A stretch of DNA of 64,000 nucleotides from an uncultured Succinatimonas sp. (GCA_900316375.1 ONCS01000014.1:16460-80459); one strand, 5' to 3'; counted from the first letter of the stretch, positions 51,681-63,301 are shown. Program-made: numbers and translations. Notes: generated by a model not told the origin, from the sequence alone.

Positions 51681-52637
51681 ATGGAAGAGCAAAGTCTTCA
51701 GCGCTATAAAAAGCTAGTTTTATTAGCTGGTGCTGCCTCTGTTTGCACCGCTGTACTATTTATCTTAATTAAATTAACTGTTTGGATCATGAGTGCATCA
51801 ACTGTAATCTTTGCATCCTTAACAGATTCTATTTTCGATTTATTAGCATCTTTAGTGAACTTATTAGCTCTAAAGTTTTCTCTAGCACCACCTGATAAAG
51901 AGCACCGCTTTGGTCATCATAAATCTCAAGCTCTAGCCTCTTTAGCACAAGCAGCCTTCATTGGTGGTTCAGCAGTACTACTAGTAGTTCATGGTGTAGA
52001 GCGTTGTATTAACCCAGAGCCTGTACATCACCTTGATTTAGCTATTATCGTAAGTATTGTAAGTATTGTTATAACAATCTTTTTAGTACTATTCCAAACT
52101 TACGTTTTCAAAAGAACTCACAGTGAAGCAATTGCAGCTGACAGACTTCATTACTTATCTGATGTGACTTTAAATATTGGTGTAATGGTAGCTTTGTTCT
52201 TAAGTTACTATGGTTATGATTGGGCTGATGGCTTGTTTGCTGCTTTAATTGGTATCTTTATCTTTAAAGGTGCTTATGAAATTGGTATGCATGCTATTGA
52301 GACCTTATTAGATAAAAATTTAGATCCAAAATCAGTTACTAAGATCTTACGTCGTATCAATGAAGCTCAAGGTGTTAAATCTTGCCACGATTTAAAGGCC
52401 CATAGAGCAGGTCCTATGGTATATATCCAAGGCCACTTAGTCATGGATGCTAATTTATCCTTAGAAAAAGCTCATGAAATCACTGACAGTGTTGAAAATA
52501 ACATTAGACAAGATTTTCCTGAGGCAGAAATTATTTTGCATATGGAGCCTGATGTTAAATCGACTTACGACACCGTTCAGTTCGATGATTGTGAAAATAA
52601 TCCTGATTGTGGCTGCAATAAACCTTTAGAAAACTAA
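51681..52637 (+). CDS. fieF: Cation diffusion facilitator FieF/YiiP
   Basis: ASLTDSIFD, PPDKEHRFGH, ADRLHYLSD, HEITDSVE, ILHMEP. Confidence 0.9.
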   Translation: MEEQSLQRYKKLVLLAGAASVCTAVLFILIKLTVWIMSASTVIFASLTDSIFDLLASLVNLLALKFSLAPPDKEHRFGHHKSQALASLAQAAFIGGSAVLLVVHGVERCINPEPVHHLDLAIIVSIVSIVITIFLVLFQTYVFKRTHSEAIAADRLHYLSDVTLNIGVMVALFLSYYGYDWADGLFAALIGIFIFKGAYEIGMHAIETLLDKNLDPKSVTKILRRINEAQGVKSCHDLKAHRAGPMVYIQGHLVMDANLSLEKAHEITDSVENNIRQDFPEAEIILHMEPDVKSTYDTVQFDDCENNPDCGCNKPLEN

Positions 52638-52681
52638 ATCATTGCAAAATAAGGTATAATTTGCACCATATATAACTATAA

Positions 52682-52708
52682 AAGCCATACCTTTGCGGTA
52701 TGGTCTTT
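52682..52708 (+). terminator. Hairpin between fieF and SGNH hydrolase
   Basis: AAG-CCATACC-TTTGC-GGTATGG-TCTTT. Confidence 0.45.
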
Positions 52709-52716
52709 GGATTTCT

Positions 52717-53358
52717 ATGACTAGCTTAAAGTTAAGCTCTTTAGAAGAAGAGCAAAATCATTTTGTCGATCACCGTTATCTTATTAAAGGTTCAATCTAC
52801 AAGACCATGCAAAAAGTAGAAACTAATAAAACTACGGTGGTCTTTGCAGGAGATTCCATTACCGAATTTGGTAATTGGGAAGAGTTTTTTCGAGAGGTTG
52901 TAACTTACAACCGCGGTATTTGTGGAGACACGGTAAAAGGTCTTACTAAAAGACTTGATGATATCAAAACATTAGAGCCAAATAAGATGTTTGTTCTAAT
53001 TGGTGTTAATGATTTTTCGGTTAGATTTAACGCCGATGAGGTCATTGCAAATTATCAAGTGTTACTACAAAAGTTAAAAGATGACTTTACACATACAACA
53101 ATCTATATTCAAAGTATCTTGCCTGTAATTGGAGGCTCCTTTGAATTTATTAAAGACAACGTTGGTATTTGTAAAGTAAATCAATATCTAGAAAGTGTTG
53201 CTCCTAAGTTTGATTTTACTTTTATAAACTTGTATGAGCATTTTCTTGATAAAACCAAAAACGAAATGAAACAAGAATACACAGCAGATGGCGTGCATGT
53301 AAATGCTAAAGGATATGCCCTCTGGTGTGATTTGATTAAACCTTACATATTAAATTAA
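52717..53358 (+). CDS. SGNH/GDSL hydrolase (esterase/lipase)
   Basis: FAGDSITE, NRGICGD, IGVND, DGVH blocks; ATG 52717 preferred. Confidence 0.85.
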   Translation: MTSLKLSSLEEEQNHFVDHRYLIKGSIYKTMQKVETNKTTVVFAGDSITEFGNWEEFFREVVTYNRGICGDTVKGLTKRLDDIKTLEPNKMFVLIGVNDFSVRFNADEVIANYQVLLQKLKDDFTHTTIYIQSILPVIGGSFEFIKDNVGICKVNQYLESVAPKFDFTFINLYEHFLDKTKNEMKQEYTADGVHVNAKGYALWCDLIKPYILN

Positions 53359-53378
53359 GCAATTACTTAATCAATTAG

Positions 53379-54221
53379 ATGTCTACTTCAGAAATTACTA
53401 CTTTTTGGCAAGAACTATATCAAGAAGCTCAAGAGATATTTAAAAAAGAGCCTGTGCTTGAGGATATTTTAAATAAGCAAATCCTAAGTTGCAGTGGTTT
53501 AGATTTATGTCTTGCTAGAATTATTAGTGCAAAGCTTGCTACCCGTGAAGTAGATAGACAGCAATTATTCCAAGTCTGCATGCAAGCTTATAGCGATGAT
53601 TGTGATTTGTTAGCTTGTGCAGTAGCTGATGTCATGGCGGTTGCAAATCGTGATCCTGCATCAAAATCAAAAGTTAGAATTTTGTTATTTTTAAAAGGAC
53701 CTCACGTCTTAGAGTCATGGCGTATTTCTCATTGGCTATGGCAAAAAGGCAGATGCGATTTAGCAAGTTATATTCAAAGCCGTATTTCAGATGTCTTTTC
53801 TGTAGATATTCATCCAGCAGCTAAAATTGGTCGAGGGTTAATGCTTGACCATGCTACGAATATCGTTATAGGTGAGACTGCAGTTATTTCTGATACTGTA
53901 TCAATGTTACATGATGTAACCTTAGGTGGTACTGGTAAAGAGCAAGGAGATCGTCACCCAAAAGTTGGCAAAGGTGTGATGATTGGTGCTGGTGCTAAGG
54001 TTTTAGGTAATATCAAAATTGGTGAAGGTGCTATTGTTGGTGCTGGCTCTGTAGTCTTAAGAGATGTCCCACCACATACCACTGTTGTTGGTGTTCCTGC
54101 TAGAGTTGTAGGTAAACCTGATATTGATATGCCTTCATTAGATATGGATCAGATGTTAGCAGGTTGTGATGCTCAAAAAGCTCAAGATGAATGTCCTGCT
54201 ATCAACATTAAAAGAGTTTAA
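53379..54221 (+). CDS. cysE: Serine O-acetyltransferase
   Basis: VDIHPAAKIG, LDHAT, VTLGGTGKEQGDRHPK, TVVGVPA hexapeptide repeats. Confidence 0.95.
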   Translation: MSTSEITTFWQELYQEAQEIFKKEPVLEDILNKQILSCSGLDLCLARIISAKLATREVDRQQLFQVCMQAYSDDCDLLACAVADVMAVANRDPASKSKVRILLFLKGPHVLESWRISHWLWQKGRCDLASYIQSRISDVFSVDIHPAAKIGRGLMLDHATNIVIGETAVISDTVSMLHDVTLGGTGKEQGDRHPKVGKGVMIGAGAKVLGNIKIGEGAIVGAGSVVLRDVPPHTTVVGVPARVVGKPDIDMPSLDMDQMLAGCDAQKAQDECPAINIKRV

Positions 54222-54254
54222 CTAAGCTAAATTTGCTTAGTAAAGGATAGTTTT

Positions 54255-56159
54255 ATGCAAATATGCGATCTTTTAGATCCTCGTTCCATTAGCTTAAATG
54301 TTAAAGCTAGTACTAAAGAGCAGGCGATTAACTCACTAGTTGATTTAATCAAAAATACTGATTGCATAAACGATTCTGAGCGCTTTCGTGCAGCTGTTTT
54401 TGATAGAGAATCAAAATGCTCTACTGGTTTAGGTGAAGGTGTTGCAATTCCTCATGCTAAAAGTGCTGGCGTATCAAAGCCTGGTCTTGCTGCAATGGTA
54501 GTACCTGATGGTGTTGAATTTGAAAGCCTAGATGGTAAACCTTCAAAATTATTCTTCTTAATTGCCTCTCCTCATCAAGCATCTGATGCTCATTTAGATG
54601 TATTAGCTCGTCTTTCAACTATGCTTGTATCTGAGGATTTTAGAAATTCTTTAATCAATGCTAAAAGTGTTGATGAGTTCTTACAGATCATCAATAACGC
54701 TGATAAAAAAGAAGTTAAAAAGGAAAAAGAGCGCAAGGTAGAAGAAACTAAGGTTGAAACAACCGATTCTCAAAAAGAAGAATATAAGCGCTACGACATT
54801 GTAGCAGTTACCGCGTGTCCTGCAGGTCTTTCTCATACCTATATGGCAGCAGAAGCTTTAGAGAATAAAGCTCGTGAGATGGGAATTTCCATTAAGATTG
54901 AAACTGATGGTGCTGCAGGTAATAGAAATAGATTACTCCCAGAAGATATCTCTCGTGCTAAGTGCGTAATTGTAGCAGCTGATAGAATCGTGGAGATGGA
55001 TAGATTCATCGGTAAACCTTTAGTTCGTGTAGGTGTTGTTGATGGTATTAGAAAACCTCAAGAGCTAATTGAGCGCGCTTTAGATCCAAAGTGTCCTTTA
55101 TATCAAACCGGTGTTTTAAATAATACTTCATCAATTTTCATGAGGTTATACCGCCACTTAATGAGTGGTATGACTTATATCATGCCAATTGCTGCAAGTG
55201 CCGGTATCTTATCTGCTATTGCAAGACTTGAGTTTGTACAAGGTACACAATTAGGTTTCTTCCTAGATAGAATTGGTTACAGTATCGGTACTTTATTATT
55301 CCCAATTTTATCTGCCTTTATCGCTTTCTCTATCCGTGGTAGAACAGCCTTAGTTGCAGGCTTTACAGGTGGCGTAATGGCCGATCTTGGAGCCTCTGGT
55401 GTCTTAGGTGCGGTGATAAATGGATTTATCGGTGGTGGTATGTCGCTTTTAATCACCACGTTTGCTGCTAGGTTCTTAAAAGGTCATGATGCGATAGTAG
55501 CTTTAATTCTCTATCCTTTGTTTGGTGCCTTAGCAACCTCGGCGGTAGCCTTATTCTTTACAAATATCCCGGCTGCTTTCTTAAATGATTTAATCAGAAA
55601 CTTTATAACCGATGCATCAACTCCGGTTTTAGTAGTCATTGGCGCAATCTTAGCTGGTATGATGTCAGCGGATATGGGCGGACCTTTAAATAAGACTGCC
55701 TATGCCATCGGTGTGTTGTTATTAGCTGATTGTCTTCCTGAGTTTGGCTCTGGTGCTTGGATCATGGCTTGTGTAATGGCAGGTGGTATGGTGCCTCCAT
55801 TAGCTGCAGCCTTATCTACATACTTAGTACCACAGGTTTACACCGAAAAAGAAAAATCTAAAGCTCTTCCTGCCTTAGGTAAAGGTTTAGTTTTCATCAC
55901 CGAAGGTGTAATTCCATTTTTAAGCTATGAAACTACTAAGATGAAGATTGGCTGTATGATTTCATCAGCTCTAGCAGGTGCTATTTGCATGTACTTTAAA
56001 TGCAGTATCTGTGCTCCTCACGGTGGTATCTTTGTAATTCCACTATCAGATCATGCATGGCACTTTTTGCTAGCTTTAGTGGTAGGAACTGTCTTTGGTG
56101 CTTTCTTCTTTGCAATATTAAGAACTAAGCGCGAAAAAGAACTTCAAAAGGCTAAATAG
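54255..56159 (+). CDS. Fructose/mannose-family PTS transporter EIIABC
   Basis: EIIA VAIPHA, EIIB VTACPAGLSHTYMAAEAL, EIIC DMGGPLNK and FITEGVIPF; sugar specificity not determinable. Confidence 0.88.
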   Translation: MQICDLLDPRSISLNVKASTKEQAINSLVDLIKNTDCINDSERFRAAVFDRESKCSTGLGEGVAIPHAKSAGVSKPGLAAMVVPDGVEFESLDGKPSKLFFLIASPHQASDAHLDVLARLSTMLVSEDFRNSLINAKSVDEFLQIINNADKKEVKKEKERKVEETKVETTDSQKEEYKRYDIVAVTACPAGLSHTYMAAEALENKAREMGISIKIETDGAAGNRNRLLPEDISRAKCVIVAADRIVEMDRFIGKPLVRVGVVDGIRKPQELIERALDPKCPLYQTGVLNNTSSIFMRLYRHLMSGMTYIMPIAASAGILSAIARLEFVQGTQLGFFLDRIGYSIGTLLFPILSAFIAFSIRGRTALVAGFTGGVMADLGASGVLGAVINGFIGGGMSLLITTFAARFLKGHDAIVALILYPLFGALATSAVALFFTNIPAAFLNDLIRNFITDASTPVLVVIGAILAGMMSADMGGPLNKTAYAIGVLLLADCLPEFGSGAWIMACVMAGGMVPPLAAALSTYLVPQVYTEKEKSKALPALGKGLVFITEGVIPFLSYETTKMKIGCMISSALAGAICMYFKCSICAPHGGIFVIPLSDHAWHFLLALVVGTVFGAFFFAILRTKREKELQKAK

Positions 56160-56162
56160 AAA

Positions 56163-56184
56163 AATACTGCCAAAAGGCAGTATT
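56163..56184. terminator. Bidirectional terminator PTS/zapB
   Basis: AATACTGCC-AAAA-GGCAGTATT perfect stem. Confidence 0.8.
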
Positions 56185-56455
56185 ACTCTTTTTCTGTTTG
56201 ATCTGGAAATTTGCAGAGGATGGTTTCAAGTCTTTGTTTCCAAGTTTGCAAAACTTCTCTTTGAGTTTGGTTCTCTTCTTTTAAAGAGATCATCTCTCGT
56301 CTTATCGTGTTGAGCTCTTGATCTTTTTCTTTAAGCTCTTTTTGACAGCTTATAAAACGATTACTTACATCTTCACAAAGCAAAGACAACTCCTGCAATT
56401 GCTGCAAGAGTTGTTGCTCTTTTAAAGCAAGTTTTGCTTCCTTGATACTAGACAC
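56183..56455 (-). CDS. zapB: ZapB-like coiled-coil cell division protein
   Basis: All-helical heptad pattern ending LKEENQ...WKQRLETILCKF, similar to the ZapB W..RL..LL motif; 1-bp overlap with the hslU stop. Confidence 0.6.
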   Translation of the reverse strand: MSSIKEAKLALKEQQLLQQLQELSLLCEDVSNRFISCQKELKEKDQELNTIRREMISLKEENQTQREVLQTWKQRLETILCKFPDQTEKE

Positions 56456-57774
56456 TAAAGAATATACCTACTGATATCTTCATCTTCAACTAGAGAGTCT
56501 AGGTGTTCATCTACATACTTATCATCGATAACTAAGGTAGAGCCTGCTTTATCAGGAGCGGTAAATGAAATTTCCTCTAAGATCTTCTCCATTAAAGTAT
56601 GAAGACGACGAGCACCGATGTTCTCAGTCTTTTCATTTACTTTGTAAGCATCTTCAGCAATCTTCTTGATAGCGCTATCTTCAAACTTAACATCAACATT
56701 TTCAGTTTTTAAAAGTAACTCATATTGCTTAGTTAAGCTATTGTGAGGCTCTTTTAAAATACGCTCAAAATCTTGAGCAGTTAGTGCTTCAAGCTCTACA
56801 CGAATTGGTAGACGACCTTGTAACTCAGGAATTAAATCTGATGGTTTTGACATCTGGAAAGCTCCTGAGGCGATAAATAGCACGTGATCAGTTCTTAACA
56901 TACCGTACTTAGTGTTTACTTGTGAGCCTTCAATTAAAGGTAGTAAATCTCTTTGTACGCCTTGTCTTGAAACCGCGCCTTTATCTTGAGTTTCTTGGCA
57001 GATCTTGTCAATTTCATCGATAAAGACAATGCCATTGTTCTCAGCAAGCTCGATGGCTTGAGTTTTTAGATCATCGTTTTGTACAAGCTTAGATGCTTCT
57101 TCTTCAGTTAAGATTTTAAAAGCATCTTTTACCTTCATCTTCTTGGTAGTCTTTTTATTAGAGCTCATTGAATCGAAGATAGATTGGATTTGATCGTTTA
57201 GATCATCCATACCAGGAGCACCACCAATTACGTTAACGGTAGGTGATTTATCTAATACTACAATTTCAATTTCTTTATCATCAAGCTCGTGCTCACGAAG
57301 TTTCTTTCTAAACATCTGACGAGCAGATGAATTTAGTTTTTCTTCATCAGTTGCACTAGGAAGTGGTAGTAAAACATCTAAAATGCGCTCTTCTGCAGCA
57401 TCTAAAGCTTTTACTTTGTTATGCTCAAAAGCTTGCTGTTTAACCATCTTCATTGAAACTTCAGCAAGTTCACGGATGATGCTTTCTACATCTTTACCAA
57501 CGTAACCTACTTCAGTGTATTTAGTAGCTTCTACTTTTACAAAAGGTGCGTTAGCAAGCTTTGCTAAGCGTCTTGCAATCTCAGTTTTACCCACACCTGT
57601 AGGTCCAATCATTAAGATGTTCTTAGGTACGATTTCACCACGTAGGTTCTCTGGTACCTGCATTCTGCGCCAACGATTACGTAGGGCAATAGCTACAGCC
57701 TTTTTAGCTTTATCTTGACCGATAATAAACTTGTTTAATTCGCTTACGATTTCGCGTGGAGTAAGTTCTGACAT
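56455..57774 (-). CDS. hslU: ATP-dependent protease ATPase HslU
   Basis: [10 protein letters not shown] (ATG 57774), [25 protein letters not shown]. Confidence 0.97.
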   Translation of the reverse strand: MSELTPREIVSELNKFIIGQDKAKKAVAIALRNRWRRMQVPENLRGEIVPKNILMIGPTGVGKTEIARRLAKLANAPFVKVEATKYTEVGYVGKDVESIIRELAEVSMKMVKQQAFEHNKVKALDAAEERILDVLLPLPSATDEEKLNSSARQMFRKKLREHELDDKEIEIVVLDKSPTVNVIGGAPGMDDLNDQIQSIFDSMSSNKKTTKKMKVKDAFKILTEEEASKLVQNDDLKTQAIELAENNGIVFIDEIDKICQETQDKGAVSRQGVQRDLLPLIEGSQVNTKYGMLRTDHVLFIASGAFQMSKPSDLIPELQGRLPIRVELEALTAQDFERILKEPHNSLTKQYELLLKTENVDVKFEDSAIKKIAEDAYKVNEKTENIGARRLHTLMEKILEEISFTAPDKAGSTLVIDDKYVDEHLDSLVEDEDISRYIL

Positions 57775-57775
57775 A

Positions 57776-58303
57776 TTAGCTCTCAATAGTCTCAATCACG
57801 TGATTAGAATTAGTAAATACGCAGATATTGCATGCAATATCTAATGACTTTTTAACAATTTCAACAGCACTTAAATCTGTGTTATCAACTAGGGCACGAG
57901 CTGCAGCTAGTGCATAGTTACCACCTGATCCTGTAGCTAGAACATCACCGTCCATACGTACTACATCGCCGTTACCAGTGATCATTAAAGAGTCTTTTTT
58001 ATCTGCAACAATTAAGATTGCTTCAAGCTTTCTTAAAGCTCTATCTGATCTCCAAAGCTTAGCTAAAGCAATACATGCTCTTTCTAAAATGCCTTGATGC
58101 TCTTCTAGTTTCTTTTCAAATAAATCTAAAAGGGTAAAAGCATCAGCAGTAGAGCCTGCAAAGCCTGCAATTACTTTGTCATGAAAAATCTTACGAACTT
58201 TAATGGCATTACCTTTTAAGATAGTGCTCTGTCCCATGGTAACTTGACCGTCACCACCTACAGCTACTACACCATTACGTCTTACAGATACAATTGTTGT
58301 CAT
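57776..58303 (-). CDS. hslV: ATP-dependent protease subunit HslV
   Basis: [10 protein letters not shown]-terminal Thr, [16 protein letters not shown]. Confidence 0.97.
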   Translation of the reverse strand: MTTIVSVRRNGVVAVGGDGQVTMGQSTILKGNAIKVRKIFHDKVIAGFAGSTADAFTLLDLFEKKLEEHQGILERACIALAKLWRSDRALRKLEAILIVADKKDSLMITGNGDVVRMDGDVLATGSGGNYALAAARALVDNTDLSAVEIVKKSLDIACNICVFTNSNHVIETIES

Positions 58304-58312
58304 AAAAATCCT

Positions 58313-59104
58313 TTAGTTTTGTGTTTCTAAGCTACATTCATTTACAAGGCCTGAGGCATCTAATTTTGAGAAGACATTTTTAGCTTCATCAGCGGTGCTA
58401 TAAGGTCCTAGCTGTAGCTTGAAGGTATTATCTTTTTTAACTACTTTAGACATAAAGCCTAAAGTCATAGCAATGTTAGCTTTCTTGCTTTCAGCATCTT
58501 TTGAATTTGCAAAGCTGTCGCAATATAAGGTGCTTTTGCCATTACTTGAAACTGCGCTTTGAACTTCAGTGTTTTCTGAATTATCAGAAACATTATTATC
58601 AGAAACTATAGGCTCACTTTCTATATAAGTGTTGTTAGTGTTTTTCTCAACATTTAAGTTAGGTGTTTTAAATGGTGACCCTTTTGGAGTATCCATACTT
58701 GCATCAACACTTTTATTTGGATTGTCGAAAGTCTCTTTGGTTTGCTCTGTTGGTTGTAAATTAGTTGCTTGTTCTTTTGAAGGAAGAGCTAAAGCACTGT
58801 CATCAGTTTGGTTTAAAGCAGCATCATTTAATACCTGCTCATTGACTGAATTACCGTAAGGATCAAGTGCTTCAGCGTGGTTATCTTCAAAAGAGACCTC
58901 AGTATTATCTACATCACTTGGATGAGTTTTGAGGTGCTCTTTGTTTGAACAAGAGGTAAATGAAATAGCAATAATTAAAGCTAGCAACACTAAAACAGCG
59001 ATAACTAGATTTTTATACTTAAGTTTTGAATTATCATCGCGCTTTTTAAGCCAAGCAAAAGCTTGAGTTAAAAAATTGGTGAAAACTAGCTTTAGGTTAT
59101 TCAC
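58313..59104 (-). CDS. ftsN: FtsN-like SPOR-domain cell division protein
   Basis: Basic N-terminus, one TM, disordered linker, C-terminal SPOR (LYCDSF...LGPY...NEC) with the two FtsN-type cysteines; position between argS and hslV. Confidence 0.65.
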   Translation of the reverse strand: MNNLKLVFTNFLTQAFAWLKKRDDNSKLKYKNLVIAVLVLLALIIAISFTSCSNKEHLKTHPSDVDNTEVSFEDNHAEALDPYGNSVNEQVLNDAALNQTDDSALALPSKEQATNLQPTEQTKETFDNPNKSVDASMDTPKGSPFKTPNLNVEKNTNNTYIESEPIVSDNNVSDNSENTEVQSAVSSNGKSTLYCDSFANSKDAESKKANIAMTLGFMSKVVKKDNTFKLQLGPYSTADEAKNVFSKLDASGLVNECSLETQN

Positions 59105-59107
59105 TTT

Positions 59108-60847
59108 TTACATTTGCTCCATTACGTTAATACCTAATAGACCTAAACCTTGTTTTAATACTTTAGCTGTTAGGTCACATAAAGCAAGACGGCTTTGTTT
59201 TACATCATCAGCTACGTCATCTTTTAGAATTGGGCATGCTTCGTAGAAATGCATGAATAGATTTGATAGCTCAAAGATGTAGTTACATAGAAGATTTGGA
59301 AGTGTCTTAGCACCAACATTTTCTACAGCCTCAGAGAAAGCTAATAACTTGTTAGCTAAATCCTCTTCTGCCTCATTGGTGATCTTGATATTACCAAGTT
59401 GTACGTCGCCAGCCTTTCTGAAGATTGCACGAATACGGCTGTATGCATACTGTAAGTATGGAGCAGTATTGCCTTCAAAAGCTAACATCTGATCCCAATC
59501 GAAGATGTAGTCAGTTGTACGGTTTTTGCAAAGATCAGCGTACTTAACAGCACCAATTGCGATATTGTGGATAACAGTCTTCTTATCTTCATTAGATAAA
59601 GTTGAGTTTCTTTGTTCTAATAGAGTAGTTACTCTTGATTCTGCCTCATCTAAAACATCACGTAGCTTTACAGTACCACCTGAACGAGTCTTAAATGGCT
59701 TGCCATCCTTGCCTAGCATCATACCAAATGGGCAGTGCTCTAAAGATACACTATCTGCTACATAACCTGCCTTACGACAAATTGCCCAAACAGTCTCTAA
59801 GTGCTGTTGCTGACGAGAATCTGTAAAGTATAAAATTCTGTCGGCATTTAGAGTTTGTGCACGATACTTAGCACAAGCAATATCAGTTGTGGTGTAGAGG
59901 TAACCACCATCTTTTTTGCGGATAATGTTACCTAGAGGATTACCTTCTTTATTCTTAAACTGTGGAAGATAAACTACGATAGCGCCTTGATCTTCAACAG
60001 CAATACCACGGTCTAGTAAGTCTTGAACTACAACCGGTAGCATATCGTTATATAAGCTCTCGCCCATGATGTCCTTATCAGATAAGGTTACATCTAAGCG
60101 GTCATATAACTTCTGGTTTTGTACCATGGTCATGTTAACAAGTTTCTTCCACATAGTACGGCAGTATTCATCACCACCTTGGAGTAAAACTACATAGTGA
60201 CGAGCTTTTACAGCAAACTCTTCATCGCTGTCATAGCACTCTTTAGCTTCACGATAGAAAGCTTCAAAGTCGCTTAAGTCCATACCAGCGCCTTGCTCGT
60301 TTTCTTTCTTCTCAAGGTAGGCAATCAGCATACCAAACTGAGTACCCCAGTCACCGATGTGGTTAGCACGAATTACGTTGTTACCTAAGAACTCTAATAC
60401 TCTTACTACAGCATCACCAATTACAGTTGAACGAATGTGGTGAACAGCCATCTCTTTAGCAACATTTGGTGCTGAGTAGTCAACAACGATAGTCTTAGGA
60501 TTAGCAACCTTAGCAATACCTAGTCTTGGATCATCACTCATTTGCTTTAAAGCTTTAGCAATTGAGTCTTTGTTAACAAAGAAGTTAATAAAACCAGGAC
60601 CTGCAATTTCTACCTTGCTGATGTGCTCATCTTTTGGAAGGTTATCAATTAATGACTGAGCAATTTCACGAGGATTCTTCTTTAAAGGCTTAGATAGCAT
60701 CATCGCAATGTTAGTTGCAAAGTCGCCATGAGCTCTGTCCTTGGTGCGGTCTACCCGGATCTTAGTAAGTAATTCTGGAGCTATAGCGCCATCTTGATTG
60801 ATGGTAGAAATACTTTCTTTAATTAAATTCTCGATTAGTTCTTTCAT
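59108..60847 (-). CDS. argS: Arginine--tRNA ligase
   Basis: [18 protein letters not shown] (HIGH-like), [20 protein letters not shown]; ATG 60847 preferred. Confidence 0.97.
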   Translation of the reverse strand: MKELIENLIKESISTINQDGAIAPELLTKIRVDRTKDRAHGDFATNIAMMLSKPLKKNPREIAQSLIDNLPKDEHISKVEIAGPGFINFFVNKDSIAKALKQMSDDPRLGIAKVANPKTIVVDYSAPNVAKEMAVHHIRSTVIGDAVVRVLEFLGNNVIRANHIGDWGTQFGMLIAYLEKKENEQGAGMDLSDFEAFYREAKECYDSDEEFAVKARHYVVLLQGGDEYCRTMWKKLVNMTMVQNQKLYDRLDVTLSDKDIMGESLYNDMLPVVVQDLLDRGIAVEDQGAIVVYLPQFKNKEGNPLGNIIRKKDGGYLYTTTDIACAKYRAQTLNADRILYFTDSRQQQHLETVWAICRKAGYVADSVSLEHCPFGMMLGKDGKPFKTRSGGTVKLRDVLDEAESRVTTLLEQRNSTLSNEDKKTVIHNIAIGAVKYADLCKNRTTDYIFDWDQMLAFEGNTAPYLQYAYSRIRAIFRKAGDVQLGNIKITNEAEEDLANKLLAFSEAVENVGAKTLPNLLCNYIFELSNLFMHFYEACPILKDDVADDVKQSRLALCDLTAKVLKQGLGLLGINVMEQM

Positions 60848-60922
60848 GACCGTACCCGGATTCAAAAAATTAAAAAATAGTGAAAAATAACGTTAAATTT
60901 TGGTGCTAAAGGATACCACAAA

Positions 60923-63151
60923 TTAGTACATAGTTATCGGATCAACTTCGATAGCAAAGCGTACATCATTAGGCAGTGAATCAAGCGACACCAATTTTCT
61001 TACTTCAATTAAAAATGCGCTTAGTGTTTTTCTCTCTAAGCTTGTTACTAACATATGAAAATGGTAGCGATTTTGTACTTTCTCCATTTTATCAGACATC
61101 ACAGAAGTTATGGCTAAATTTGCAAATTTGCTTTTAATTGAACTTAGCTTAAAACTTAGATCATTAATAAAGGAGAAAGCTTTATCACGATTAGCACTAT
61201 TACATAATAAAAAGGCCTGGCTAGTATATGGGGGCAACATCATGTTTTTTCTAGCCTCTAAAAGACCATTAGCAATAGTTAAATAATCGCAATTTGGATC
61301 AATTAGCTGATTGATAAGTTGATTATCAGTGTGGTGAGTTTGAATGATAACTCTGCCTTGTTTTTTACCACGACCGGATCTTCCTGATACTTGAGTTAAA
61401 AGCTGTGCGGTATTTTCCTGTGATCTAAAGTCATCAGAGAATAATGAAGAATCAACATCTAAAATACCAACTAAAGTTACATCAGGAAAGTCATGACCTT
61501 TTGCTAGCATTTGTGTGCCTAGCATAATTTGCGATTGACCTTCGCGAATTCTCTTTAATTTTGTTTCAAGTTGGCTTTTGGTGGTAACTGAGTCCCTATC
61601 AATTCTCTCGACTCCAATATCAGGATAACGATGTTCTAGATATTCACAAACTTGCTCTGTACCAAAGCCTTGCTCTACTAATTCTTCATTGCCACACTCT
61701 GGGCATTTGGTAGGAAGAGGGAAGAAGTTTTCACAGACATGGCATTGTAGTCTTTGATTTTTCTTATGGACAGTTAAAAAATTATCACAGCAAGGACAAG
61801 TAAAGACATGACCACATAAGTGACAGACTAAATGATGAGCATATCCGCGGCGATTTAAAAAGAGTAGGACTTGATTACCTTTAGCTGTTTCATCGCCAAT
61901 TTCATTTTCTAAACTTTCACAAAGACCGGTTTTTAAACCATCGGTTAAAGGTTCATTGCGTAAATCGATAAGCTCAAATTTAGGAAGTAGAGCACCGCCT
62001 GCGCGAATGGTTAAATCAATTTTTTCAAATAAGCCACGTTGTACGTTATAAATAGTTTCTAAACTAGGGGTTGCTGAGCCTAAGACCACCGGGCAATTAT
62101 TGATTTTGCCTCTCATGATAGCAAGAGTTCTAGCATGATATCTAAAGGTATCTGATTGCTTAAAAGAGCTATCATGCTCCTCGTCAATAACGATAAGCCC
62201 AAGATTTGGAATTGGAGTAAAAAGGGCAGTACGCGTACCAATTAAAATACCTGATTTAGAAGTAGCCATATCTATATAGGCATCTAATCTTTCTCTATCA
62301 GATAAGGCTGAATGCATTGAAGATACTGGTACATTAAAGCGACGATAGAATCTATCAAAGGTTTGGGGAGTTAGAGAAATCTCTGGTACTAAGATTAAAA
62401 CAGCCTTGCCTTTTTTTAAGACATTTTCAATAACTCGAAGATAAACCTCAGTTTTGCCAGATCCAGTAATACCATTTAATAAAAAGGTTTTAAAACTCTC
62501 TTGATGACTGATAATTAAAATGGCATTTTGCTGCTCAAAATTAGGAGCAGGTGGTTCTTCTTTTAAGACCGGCTTATCGCTTTCAAAGAATTTTTGATTT
62601 TCAACTTCTAAGTTAAATAACTCTACTAAGCCTTTTTTTATAAGAGCGTTTTCACTAGCACTTGATATACCACGCTCACGCAGCTCTTTTCTTTTAACTG
62701 CCCCTGTTTTTAAGATCTCAAGAATTTGTTTTTGCTCAAGAGATTTGATTTTAGCAACTTTGCTTTCATCTAAAGTAGATGCTAGTTTTAATGCAGGAAT
62801 ATCTTCATAAGAGAACTTTTGTCCATCACGCAAAAGTTTAGGCATGGCGACATTAAAGCATTGGCCTAAAGGATATTGATAGTATTTGCTACCAAACTCT
62901 AAGGTCTTAATAATGTCATCACTGATGATACCTTTATTATCAAGAAGTTTAGCTACCTTTAATTTTGACTCATCAAAGTTAATTGGAGGATTGATTTTGG
63001 TGATAACACCTACTTGGTTATTATGTGCAAAGTTAACTTGTACACGGGCACCAATACACTCTTCTCCAATTAAAGACTCTACCTTATAGGCAAACTCTTT
63101 AAATAGAGGACGGTTTACAGCAACATTGACAATAGTATAGGTGTTATTCAT
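60923..63151 (-). CDS. priA: Primosomal protein N' PriA
   Basis: GITGSGKTEVY, DEEH, GSATPS, Cys-rich region, GTQMLAKGHDFP, QVSGRSGR. Confidence 0.96.
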   Translation of the reverse strand: MNNTYTIVNVAVNRPLFKEFAYKVESLIGEECIGARVQVNFAHNNQVGVITKINPPINFDESKLKVAKLLDNKGIISDDIIKTLEFGSKYYQYPLGQCFNVAMPKLLRDGQKFSYEDIPALKLASTLDESKVAKIKSLEQKQILEILKTGAVKRKELRERGISSASENALIKKGLVELFNLEVENQKFFESDKPVLKEEPPAPNFEQQNAILIISHQESFKTFLLNGITGSGKTEVYLRVIENVLKKGKAVLILVPEISLTPQTFDRFYRRFNVPVSSMHSALSDRERLDAYIDMATSKSGILIGTRTALFTPIPNLGLIVIDEEHDSSFKQSDTFRYHARTLAIMRGKINNCPVVLGSATPSLETIYNVQRGLFEKIDLTIRAGGALLPKFELIDLRNEPLTDGLKTGLCESLENEIGDETAKGNQVLLFLNRRGYAHHLVCHLCGHVFTCPCCDNFLTVHKKNQRLQCHVCENFFPLPTKCPECGNEELVEQGFGTEQVCEYLEHRYPDIGVERIDRDSVTTKSQLETKLKRIREGQSQIMLGTQMLAKGHDFPDVTLVGILDVDSSLFSDDFRSQENTAQLLTQVSGRSGRGKKQGRVIIQTHHTDNQLINQLIDPNCDYLTIANGLLEARKNMMLPPYTSQAFLLCNSANRDKAFSFINDLSFKLSSIKSKFANLAITSVMSDKMEKVQNRYHFHMLVTSLERKTLSAFLIEVRKLVSLDSLPNDVRFAIEVDPITMY

Positions 63152-63207
63152 GCTGTGAATTATAAAGAGCTAGACACTTTTTAGCAAAATTAATGTTGCA
63201 AAAAAAG

Positions 63208-63236
63208 TTGCATTATAGCTATTAATCAACTATCAT
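63208..63236 (+). promoter_or_regulatory. sigma70 promoter for rpmE
   Basis: TTGCAT (63208-63213), 17-bp spacer, TATCAT (63231-63236). Confidence 0.7.
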
Positions 63237-63258
63237 TAGGCACCGTTTCTATTTATAG

Positions 63259-63301
63259 GCGTGTGGTATTCGGCGCATATGCGGCTGAAAGCGCGACACG
63301 C
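63259..63301 (+). ncRNA. rpmE 5' leader stem-loop (bL31 autoregulatory leader-like)
   Basis: GCGTGT/ACACGC outer stem, GGTA / AGCGCG internal loop, TTCGGC/GCTGAA inner stem; GC-rich island in AT-rich DNA; resembles the gammaproteobacterial rpmE leader. Confidence 0.65.
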
